DNA of 64,000 nucleotides from an uncultured Clostridia bacterium (lineage in GTDB: Bacteria; Bacillota; Clostridia; Lachnospirales; CAMZNU01), in NCBI GenBank assembly GCA_947313885.1, contig CAMZNU010000002.1, positions 4,321 to 68,320 on the forward strand. The letters are read 5' to 3'. Shown piece after piece: positions 45,068 to 54,200 of this stretch. The notes beneath the pieces were generated by a model that made no database searches, was not told the DNA's origin, and was given only the letters and a program-made list of their open reading frames with translations. Position 1 is the first letter of the stretch; the number at the start of each line of letters is the position of its first letter. A program made the position numbers and the translations under genes.

Positions 45068-45352
45068 ATGATAGTTGAAATATTAACAGCGGGAATAGTA
45101 GTTGGTATTATGGGATTACTAATAGGTGTTGTAATAGCTGTAAGTAGCAAAATTTTCAAGGTGGAAGTTGATGATAGGATAGATATTATTTATAAAATGT
45201 TACCATCATTTAATTGTGGATCTTGTGGAACGGCTGGATGCATGGCATTTGCAGAAACTTTAATCAAAGGAGAAAACACTATTGATAAATGTAGACCGTG
45301 TAAACCAGAAGCAGAAGAAAAAATAATAAAAAAATTGAACGAGCTGATATAA
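45068..45352 (+). CDS. RnfB-like protein consisting only of the N-terminal TM anchor and 4Fe-4S domain
   Basis: 94 aa counted from the in-frame ATG at 45068 (agaggag RBS). It has a TM helix and then LPSFNCGSCGTAGCMAFAETLIKGENTIDKC (Cx2Cx4Cx16C). The ferredoxin-like 2x[4Fe-4S] domains of full-length RnfB are absent. The listed start at 45011 would overlap the 53-aa ORF. Confidence 0.7.
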   Translation: MIVEILTAGIVVGIMGLLIGVVIAVSSKIFKVEVDDRIDIIYKMLPSFNCGSCGTAGCMAFAETLIKGENTIDKCRPCKPEAEEKIIKKLNELI

Positions 45353-45353
45353 A

Positions 45354-45401
45354 TTGTTAACTAAAAAAACACACTGCAAAGTGTGTTTTTTTAGTTAACA
45401 A
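45354..45401 (+). terminator. Strong terminator closing the cyd-rnf operon
   Basis: ttgttaactaaaaaaacacact-gcaa-agtgtgtttttttagttaacaa forms a 22-bp perfect stem with a GCAA loop, starting 2 nt after the stop codon. Confidence 0.8.
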
Positions 45402-45434
45402 TATTATATAATATTATATGAAAAGAGGTGTATT

Positions 45435-46487
45435 ATGATTAAACGAATATATAAAAAAGAAATACAAATAGGAGATGTAAAAATAGGCGGGGACAATAAA
45501 ATATTAATTCAGTCTATGACAAATACGGATACAAAAAATGTTAGTGATACAGTAAAACAAATAAAAAAATTAGAAAATGAAGGATGTGAAATTATAAGAG
45601 TAGCTGTAAAAGATGAGGGTGATGCGAAAGCTATAAAAAAGATAAAAGAAAATATTAAAATACCAATAGTTGCCGATATACATTTCAATTACAAATTAGC
45701 AATATTAGCTATGGAGAATGGCATAGATAAAATAAGAATTAACCCAGGAAATATATCAAACATAGAAAATTTAAAAAAAATTGTGGATGTAGCTATAAAA
45801 TTAGATATACCAATAAGAGTAGGAGTAAATTCAGGTTCTTTAGAACAAGAATTTATAGATAAATATAATGGGGTAACACCTATGGGATTGGTGGATAGTG
45901 GGTTGAAAAATATAGCAATTTTAGAGAATATGGGGTTGAAAAATATAGTGTTATCATTAAAAGCTTCGAATGTTAGGTTTGCAATTGAAGCATATACATT
46001 AATAAATGAAAGGATACAATACCCGCTACATCTAGGGATTACCGAAGCTGGTACAAAATTTACGGGTTCAATAAAGTCAGCGGTAGGAATAGGTCACTTA
46101 CTTTATAATGGAATAGGTGATACATTTAGAGTTTCAATAACGGATGACCCAGTAGAAGAAATAGAAATAGCAAAAGAAATACTACAATCATTAGATATTA
46201 GAAAATTCAGAACAGAAGTTATTTCATGTCCTACTTGTGGAAGGACAGAAATAGATCTAATTGCTTTGACAAATAAAGTTGAAAAATATTGTAAAAGGAT
46301 AAATAAAAACATTACAGTGGCAGTTATGGGGTGCGTGGTGAATGGACCAGGAGAAGCTAAGGAAGCAGACGTAGGGCTAGCGGGTGGAAAAGGCGTAGGT
46401 TTAATATTTAAAAAAGGTGAAATACATAAAAAAGTTGAAGAAAATGAAATGTTCGACGAACTAATAAAAGTTATAAATTCAATGTAG
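45435..46487 (+). CDS. ispG: 4-hydroxy-3-methylbut-2-enyl diphosphate synthase
   Basis: 350 aa with IQSMTNT, RINPGN and the C-terminal Fe-S cysteines SCPTCGR...GCVVNGPGE. Confidence 0.92.
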   Translation: MIKRIYKKEIQIGDVKIGGDNKILIQSMTNTDTKNVSDTVKQIKKLENEGCEIIRVAVKDEGDAKAIKKIKENIKIPIVADIHFNYKLAILAMENGIDKIRINPGNISNIENLKKIVDVAIKLDIPIRVGVNSGSLEQEFIDKYNGVTPMGLVDSGLKNIAILENMGLKNIVLSLKASNVRFAIEAYTLINERIQYPLHLGITEAGTKFTGSIKSAVGIGHLLYNGIGDTFRVSITDDPVEEIEIAKEILQSLDIRKFRTEVISCPTCGRTEIDLIALTNKVEKYCKRINKNITVAVMGCVVNGPGEAKEADVGLAGGKGVGLIFKKGEIHKKVEENEMFDELIKVINSM

Positions 46488-46502
46488 ACAGAAGGTGCGT
46501 AT

Positions 46503-49500
46503 ATGAGAAATAAAACTTTATTCGAGGTGTTTCCTAATGTTCAATTTAGTGAAAAATATAAAGAAATAAAAGTTTCTAAAGTTAATTTTGATGAAAAAAA
46601 TAAAGCGATAACAATTAAATGTAATAGTTCTATTAAAATGGAAGAAAAGGATAGACAACATTTAGAAAAAAAAATATTAGAAAAATTAGATTATTTAAAA
46701 GAAGTTAATGTAGAATCTACTTTTATAAGTAACGATAGCCCAGAAGAAGTAATAGACAAGTATTTTAGAAATGTGATAGATATGTTTAAAGATGCATCTA
46801 CTTTTACATATACGATACTTAAAAAAAGTAAATATTACATAAGAGGAAATAGCTTACTAATAGAAGTAAATGAAGACTTGTACTTTTATGTTATAGGAAA
46901 AGAAATAGACAAAAGTATAAATAGTATTTTAAAAAGAGAGTATAATTTAGATATAAATGTAAGTTTTGAAATAGTAAAAGAAGGAATGACTACAGAGAAT
47001 TATAAGAAAAACAAAGATGAAGAATTAAAAAGTATGATATCAAGTTTAGCTTTAAACGATAGAGATAAGCCTAAAAAAGAGGAGAATAATAAAGAAAGAA
47101 AGAAAAGCAAAAAAAATAGAAAGTATAAAACAAGAAGAAAAAATGGTGTAAATTATGTTGAAAAAATATCTGGTGAAATATGTGCGATATTAGATGGAAT
47201 AGTACAAGACGATGAAACTATTATAAAGGGAGAAATTTTCGAGCTAGAAGTTAAAGAGATAAAAAATGATAAACTTCTAATTTCTTTTGATATGTTTGAT
47301 GAAAGTAGTGCGGTTACAGTTAAATTTTTCATTACAAAAGAAATATATGAAGAAGAATTCAAAGAAAAACTGTATAATGGCGATGAAGTGATAGTTAAAG
47401 GGTATGTAAGATATGATAATTATGATAAAGAATTAAATATTATGGCAAATGAAATATGCCATGGGGAAAACAAAATAAAAGAAGAAAAAGACGAGGAAGA
47501 AATTAAGCGTGTAGAGTTACATTTACATACTAACATGAGTTCTATGGATGGTATAAATAGTATAAAAGATTATATAAAAAAAGCAAAAAAATATGGTCAT
47601 AAATCATTAGCAATAACAGATCATGGGGTAGTACAAGCATTTCCAGAAGCAATGAATGAAGTTCGTGATATAGATTTTAAGTTAATATATGGAGTGGAGG
47701 CTTATTTAATAAATGATATAGAACTTGTAGTAGGAAATGTAAGGAATCAAAATATAGAAGATGAGTTTGTAGTATTTGATGTAGAAACTACAGGGTTATA
47801 TAGTAATACAAATAAAATTATAGAGATAGGTGCAGTAAAAATTAAAAACATGGAAATTATAGAAACATTTTCAGTGTTAATAAACCCGAATGAAATGTTA
47901 AGTGATAAAATTATAAAGTTAACAGGAATTACAGATAACATGTTAGAAGATAAAGGTGATGTAGAAAGTGAGATAGATAAATTTATTGATTTTATAGGTA
48001 AAAGTATTTTAGTTGGGCATAACGTTAAATTTGACATTGGTTTTTTAAATAAAGCGGTAAAGGATGTAAAAGGAGAAGAGTTAGAAAATACGTTTATAGA
48101 TACGGTAACTTTATGTCAAGGTATTTTTAATGGCAATGATAAGTTTAAAAACTTCAAACTAGATACGATAGCTAGAAACTTAGGGATCAGTCTAGAAACT
48201 CACCATAGAGCATTAGAAGATGCGAAAGCTACGGGTAAAATTTTAATACACTGTTTAAAAGTATTAGAAAAAGATGGAATAACAAAGATAGAACATATAA
48301 ATGAATATATTGCAAAAAAAATAGATTATAAAAAAATCAGACCAAATCACTGTATTATATTGGTAAAAAACTTAAAAGGGCTTAAAAACTTGTATAAATT
48401 AATATCAGAATCCCACATAAATAATTATTATAGAAACCCGCGAATTCCTAAAAGTTTATTAGTGGAAAATAAGGAAGGATTAATAATAGGAAGTGCATGT
48501 GAGGCAGGTGAATTATATAAAAACATAATAGGCAACATGCCAAAATCATATATAAAAAAAATAAGTCAATTGTATAATTATTTTGAGATACAGCCATTAG
48601 AAAATAACAAATATTTAATTAAAAATGGTGCGGTAACAGATACAAGACTTATTGAAATCAACAGGGAGATAGTTAAGCTAGGAGATGTAGAAAATAAAAT
48701 AGTAGTGGGAACGGGAGACGTTCATTTTTTAAATAAGGTCGATAAAGTGTATAGAGAAATATTAATGAGTAGTAAGGGATTTAAAGATGCGGAAGATCAA
48801 CCACCTTTATACTATAAAAGTACAAAGGAGATGTTAAATAATTTTTCATATTTAGGTAAAAAGAAAGCATACGAGATTGTAGTTACAAATACGAATAAAA
48901 TAAGTGATTTAGTAGATAAGATAAACCCAATACCAGATGGAACGTTCCCGCCTAAAATTGAAGGAGCAGATAAAGAATTAGAAAAAATAGCATATGAAAA
49001 AGCAAGGAGTTTATATGGTGACGATCTACCGAAAGTGGTAGAACAAAGATTGAATAGAGAGTTAACATCTATAATAAGTAATGGGTTTGCTGTTATGTAT
49101 ATAATAGCGCAGAAGCTAGTAAAAGATTCAGAAAAAGCGGGTTACTTAGTAGGATCTAGAGGATCTGTAGGTTCATCATTTGCGGCAACGATGGGTGGGA
49201 TAACAGAAGTGAACCCATTACCACCACATTATTATTGTAAGAAATGTCAGTATAATGATTTTGATTCAGAACTTGTATTAAGTTTTGCAGGTGGAACAGG
49301 ATATGACATGCCAGATAAAAATTGTCCTAACTGTGCCACTAAGTTAACTAAAGAGGGTCACGACATACCTTTCGAAACATTTTTAGGTTTTGATGGAGAT
49401 AAGGAACCAGATATAGATTTAAATTTTTCAGGAGACTATCAAGGCAAAGCCCATGAGTATACAGAAAAATTGTTCGGGGAGGGATATGTATATAAAGCTG

Positions 49501-50834
49501 GGACAATCGGGACTCTTGCAAACAAAACAGCATTTGGCATAGTATCAGGGTACTATAATGATAGAGGTGAGAAAAAAAGAAAAGCGGAAATAAACAAATT
49601 GAAAAATGGATGTATAGGAGTAAAAAGAACAACAGGACAACATCCAGGTGGATTAATGGTAGTGCCTAATGACTATTCGATATACGATTTTTGTCCTATA
49701 CAACGTCCAGCTAATGATCAAAGTAGTGGTACAATTACAACGCATTTTGATTATAATGCGATAAGTGGTAGATTGCTAAAGCTTGATATACTAGGTCATG
49801 ATAATCCAACTATAGTTAAAATGTTGTTAGATAATACGGGGTTAGATTGTAGAGATATAGACTTAGGCGATAAAGATGTTATATCACTATTTAGGTCACC
49901 AGAAGCATTAGGAGTAACAAAAGAAGAGATAGACTGTAACACAGGAAGTTTAGGGTTACCAGAGTTTGGGACATCTTTTGTTAGACAAATGCTAGAAGAG
50001 ACGAAACCAAATTCATTTTCAGAGCTTGTTAGGATTTCAGGATTATCACATGGTACAGATGTGTGGACTAATAATGGGCAAGAATTAGTAAAAAGTGGAG
50101 TTGCGACTCTAAAAGAAATAATACCTACAAGAGATGATATTATGGTTTATTTAATACAAAAAGGTTTAGATGAATTAAAAGCATTTAAAATAATGGAGAA
50201 TGTGCGAAAAGGTAAAGGGTTAACAGAAGAAGAGGAAAAACTTATGGTAGATAAAGATGTACCGACGTGGTATATCGAATCATGTAAAAAAATCAAATAT
50301 ATGTTTCCAAAAGGACATGCTGTTGCATATGTAATGATGACAGTTAGAATTGCATATTATAAAATGCATTACCCATATGCATTTTATCAAGCTATTTTCA
50401 CAGTTAAAGGTAACGACTTTGATTATAAAATGATGTGTGAAGGAATAGAAAAAGTCAAATTATTGGCAAAAGAAATAAATGATAAAGGATATAATAAGAC
50501 GACAAAGGATGGGGGAACGTTAGTTTTATTAGAATTATGCCAAGAATTTTATTCTAGAGGGTTAAAGTTTAAAAAAGTAGATATTTATAAGTCTAGTAAT
50601 AAGAAATTTATAATTACTAAAGAAGGTTTATTACCACCGCTATCGTCAATACAAGGATTAGGCGGTAATGCAGGAGAAAATGTAGTGAATGCGAGAAAAG
50701 ACGGAAAGTTTACTACTATTGAAGATTTCGCACAGAGAACGAAAGTAAATAAAACAGTTATAGAAATTTTAAAAACCATAAATGTTTTCGATGGATTAGC
50801 GGAAAAAAACCAATTAAGTTTATTGGATATTTAA
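46503..50834 (+). CDS. polC: DNA polymerase III alpha subunit, PolC type
   Basis: 1443 aa with a PHP domain (ELHLHTNMS), an inserted DEDDh exonuclease (FVVFDVETTG...HRALEDA), a Zn-finger region (CKKCQY...CPNC) and a polymerase core. Confidence 0.95.
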   Translation: MRNKTLFEVFPNVQFSEKYKEIKVSKVNFDEKNKAITIKCNSSIKMEEKDRQHLEKKILEKLDYLKEVNVESTFISNDSPEEVIDKYFRNVIDMFKDASTFTYTILKKSKYYIRGNSLLIEVNEDLYFYVIGKEIDKSINSILKREYNLDINVSFEIVKEGMTTENYKKNKDEELKSMISSLALNDRDKPKKEENNKERKKSKKNRKYKTRRKNGVNYVEKISGEICAILDGIVQDDETIIKGEIFELEVKEIKNDKLLISFDMFDESSAVTVKFFITKEIYEEEFKEKLYNGDEVIVKGYVRYDNYDKELNIMANEICHGENKIKEEKDEEEIKRVELHLHTNMSSMDGINSIKDYIKKAKKYGHKSLAITDHGVVQAFPEAMNEVRDIDFKLIYGVEAYLINDIELVVGNVRNQNIEDEFVVFDVETTGLYSNTNKIIEIGAVKIKNMEIIETFSVLINPNEMLSDKIIKLTGITDNMLEDKGDVESEIDKFIDFIGKSILVGHNVKFDIGFLNKAVKDVKGEELENTFIDTVTLCQGIFNGNDKFKNFKLDTIARNLGISLETHHRALEDAKATGKILIHCLKVLEKDGITKIEHINEYIAKKIDYKKIRPNHCIILVKNLKGLKNLYKLISESHINNYYRNPRIPKSLLVENKEGLIIGSACEAGELYKNIIGNMPKSYIKKISQLYNYFEIQPLENNKYLIKNGAVTDTRLIEINREIVKLGDVENKIVVGTGDVHFLNKVDKVYREILMSSKGFKDAEDQPPLYYKSTKEMLNNFSYLGKKKAYEIVVTNTNKISDLVDKINPIPDGTFPPKIEGADKELEKIAYEKARSLYGDDLPKVVEQRLNRELTSIISNGFAVMYIIAQKLVKDSEKAGYLVGSRGSVGSSFAATMGGITEVNPLPPHYYCKKCQYNDFDSELVLSFAGGTGYDMPDKNCPNCATKLTKEGHDIPFETFLGFDGDKEPDIDLNFSGDYQGKAHEYTEKLFGEGYVYKAGTIGTLANKTAFGIVSGYYNDRGEKKRKAEINKLKNGCIGVKRTTGQHPGGLMVVPNDYSIYDFCPIQRPANDQSSGTITTHFDYNAISGRLLKLDILGHDNPTIVKMLLDNTGLDCRDIDLGDKDVISLFRSPEALGVTKEEIDCNTGSLGLPEFGTSFVRQMLEETKPNSFSELVRISGLSHGTDVWTNNGQELVKSGVATLKEIIPTRDDIMVYLIQKGLDELKAFKIMENVRKGKGLTEEEEKLMVDKDVPTWYIESCKKIKYMFPKGHAVAYVMMTVRIAYYKMHYPYAFYQAIFTVKGNDFDYKMMCEGIEKVKLLAKEINDKGYNKTTKDGGTLVLLELCQEFYSRGLKFKKVDIYKSSNKKFIITKEGLLPPLSSIQGLGGNAGENVVNARKDGKFTTIEDFAQRTKVNKTVIEILKTINVFDGLAEKNQLSLLDI

Positions 50835-51135
50835 TATCATTTAAAATATATAAAGGGCTTTGTACAAAAACAAAGATAATAAAACAGTTATAGAAATTTT
50901 AAAAACCACAAATGTTTTCGATGGATTAGCGGAAAAAAACCAATTAAGTTTATTGGATATTTAATATCATTTAAAATATATTAAGGATTTTGTACAAAAA
51001 CAAAGGTAATAAAACAGTTATAGAAATTTTAAAAACCATAAATGGTTTTGATGGATTAGCGGAAAAAACAATTAAGTTTATTGAATATTTAATATTGTTT
51101 AAAAAATATATAGGCGTAAAGACATTTATATAGAC
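50751..51135. repeat. Tandem triplication (130-bp period) of the polC 3' end plus its downstream flank
   Basis: aaaacagttatagaaattttaaaaacca... restarts at 50751, 50881 and 51011. By hand count, copy 2 differs from copy 1 at 5 positions. Copy 3 is more diverged and carries a small deletion. Confidence 0.9.
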
Positions 51136-51149
51136 ATTTATATAAAAAA

Positions 51150-51177
51150 TTGTTACAATAATAACATGCAATACAAT
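51150..51177 (+). promoter_or_regulatory. Candidate sigma-A promoter for the PFOR gene
   Basis: ttgtta, then 16 nt, then tacaat, with the -10 element ending about 30 nt upstream of the ATG at 51208. Confidence 0.35.
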
Positions 51178-51207
51178 AATTATTTTAATATATAGGAGGA
51201 TAGCTTT

Positions 51208-54200
51208 ATGGCAAAAATTATAAAAACAATGGATGGAAATGCAGCGGCAACGTATACGTCATATGCATTTACAGAAGTTGCGGGTATTTTCCCGATTACG
51301 CCATCGTCTCAAATGGCAGAGTTAGCAGATGAAATGTCGGCTAACGGAGTAAAAAATATGTTTGGGCAAACAGTAGAAGTTATAGAAATGCAATCAGAAG
51401 CAGGTGCAGCGGGCACGGTTCATGGTTCATTACAAGCAGGAGCTTTAACAACTACGTTTACAGCATCACAAGGTTTATTACTTAAAATACCAAATATGTA
51501 TAAAATAGCAGGGGAATTATTACCATGTGTTATACATGTTAGTGCGAGAGCAATAGCAGGACATGCACTGTCGATATTTGGAGATCATTCAGATGTTATG
51601 GCGGCAAGACAAACAGGATTTGCTATGTTAGCGTCTAATAGTGTACAAGAAGTTGCTGACTTATCAGCTGTAGCACATTTATCTACATTAAAAGGTAAAG
51701 TTCCTTTTATTCATTTTTTTGATGGATTTCGTACGTCACATGAAATTCAAAAAGTGGAGTGCTTAGAATATAGTGACTTTGCAGACTTGGTAGATATGAA
51801 TGCTGTTGAAGAATTTAGAAAAAGTGGTTTAAATCCAGAAAGTCCAGTAACAAGAGGTTCAGCACAAAATCCTGATATATTCTTCCAAGGTAAAGAGGCA
51901 TCAAATAAATATTATAATGAATTACCAGCTATAGTTGAAGACTATATGGATAAAATAAATAAATTAACAGGTAGAGATTATCAGTTATTTAATTACTATG
52001 GTGCTAAAGATGCAGATAGAGTTATTATAGCTATGGGTTCTGGTGTTGAGGCTATAGAGGAAACAGTAGATTATTTAAATAGCATTGGCGAAAAAGTAGG
52101 AGTTATTAAAGTAAGATTATTTAGACCATTCTCTTTAGATCACTTCGTAAAATCAATACCAGCATCAGCTACTAAAATAGCTGTTTTAGATAGAACAAAA
52201 GAACCAGGATCATTAGGAGAGCCATTATACCAAGACGTATGTACAGCATTAGTTGAGAAAGATTTAAAATTAACAGTAGTAGGTGGACGTTATGCATTAG
52301 GCTCTAAAGATTTCACACCAGCACAAGTTGTTTCAGTGTTTAACAACTTAAAAGAAGAAAAACCAAAAAATCACTTTACAGTAGGTATAGTTGATGACGT
52401 TACACATACATCTTTAGAAGTAGGAGATGAATTAGATCTTGCAGATGCAGATACAAAAAGTTGTAAATTCTGGGGATTAGGTTCAGATGGTACAATTGGA
52501 GCTAATAAAAACTCAATTAAAATAATTGGTGATAATACAGATTTATATGCACAAGCATATTTCTCATATGATTCAAAAAAATCAGGCGGTATTACACAAT
52601 CACATTTACGTTTTGGTAAAAAACCAATTCGCTCAACTTATTTAGTAAATAAAGCAGATTTCGTTGCTTGTCATAAACCATCGTATTTAGAAAAATATGA
52701 TATGTTAAAAGATATTAAAGAAAACGGTACATTTTTATTAAACTGTTCTTGGTCAGTTGAGGAATTAGAAAGTAATTTACCAGCTAACGTTAAAAGACAA
52801 ATAGCTAATAAAAACATTAAATTTTATACTTTAGATGCTACTAGTATTGCTAAGGAAATAGGATTAGGAAATAGAGTTAACACTATACTTCAAGCAGGAT
52901 TTTTCAATTTAACGAAAATCATCCCAACAGAAGATGCTGTTAAATATATGAAAAATGCAATTCAAAAATCATATGGTAACAAAGGTGAAAAAATCGTTAA
53001 CATGAATAATCAAGCTGTAGATAAAGGAATAACAGCAGCAGTTCAAGTTACAATACCTAGTGCATGGGCTACAGCAGAAGATGTTAAAAAAGAAGCGAGC
53101 AAAGAAGAAAAACCAGTATACGTATCAACAATAGTAGATCCGATAAATGCTTTAAAAGGTGATGACTTACCTGTAAGTACATTTATGGACTTCGTTGATG
53201 GAACTATGCCAAATGGTACAGCGGCATATGAAAAACGTGGAATAGCAGTAGATGTTCCAGAATGGATTGCAGATAAATGTATACAATGTAATCAATGTGC
53301 ATACGTATGCCCTCATTCATGTATTAGACCATTCATAGCAACAGATGAAAGCTTAGCGAATAAACCAAAAGGTTATGAAACTATTAAAGGTCGTGGAAAA
53401 GGTTTAGAAAACTATAATTATAGAATGCAAGTAGATACATTAGATTGTACAGGTTGCGGAAACTGTGTTCAAATATGTCCAGCTAAAGAGAAAGCTCTAG
53501 TTATGGAACCTATGGAAACACAAATGAAAGAAATGGAAAATTGGTATTATAGCTTAAACCTACCAGTAGTAGAAAATCCAATAAATAAAGAAACAGTTAA
53601 AGGTTCACAATTTGAAACGCCATTATTTGAGTTCTCGGGAGCTTGTGCAGGTTGTGGAGAAACACCATATGCAAAATTATTAACACAATTATTTGGTGAT
53701 AGAATGTATATTGCTAATGCAACAGGATGTTCATCAATTTGGGGAGCATCATCACCAGCTACGCCATATACTACTAATCATAAAGGTCAAGGACCAGCAT
53801 GGGCAAACTCATTATTTGAAGATAATGCAGAGTTTGGATTAGGTATGTTAGCAGGACAAGAAAAAATTAGAGAAGGTGTTAAAGCTAAAGTGGAAGAACT
53901 ATCAACTAGCACATCAGACTCTAACGTGAAAAATGCAATTACTAATTGGATTGACACATATAATGATGGTGAAGCTTCTAAATTAAGTTCACTTACATTA
54001 GTTGACACATTAGCAAAAGCTAAATTATCAGGAGCGGAAAAAGTATTAGCAGAAAAAGTATTAAAAGATAAAAACTTCCTAAACAAAAAATCACAATGGA
54101 TTTTAGGAGGAGATGGATGGGCGTATGACATTGGTTATGGTGGATTAGATCACGTATTAGCTAGTGGAAGAAATGTAAATGTTTTAGTATTTGATACAGA

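Noticed and set aside
28760-45434. I considered whether the block between rseP and ispG is a genomic island, prophage or ICE.
   Set aside because: It has no integrase, recombinase, transposase, tRNA target or flanking direct repeats, and it contains core genes (rnr, tkt). I report it only as a synteny break, not as a mobile element.
50751-51135. I considered whether the 130-bp tandem units could be a CRISPR array or a minisatellite-type mobile element.
   Set aside because: The units abut directly with no unique spacers, are far longer than CRISPR repeats, and are copies of the polC coding end. No cas genes or transposase are nearby.
50971-51171. 66-aa minus-strand ORF downstream of polC.
   Set aside because: Its sequence (…KPFMVFKISITVL…) is the antisense reading of the third polC-3' repeat unit and duplicates the antisense ORF at 50585-50779. 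It is an artefact of the tandem repeat.
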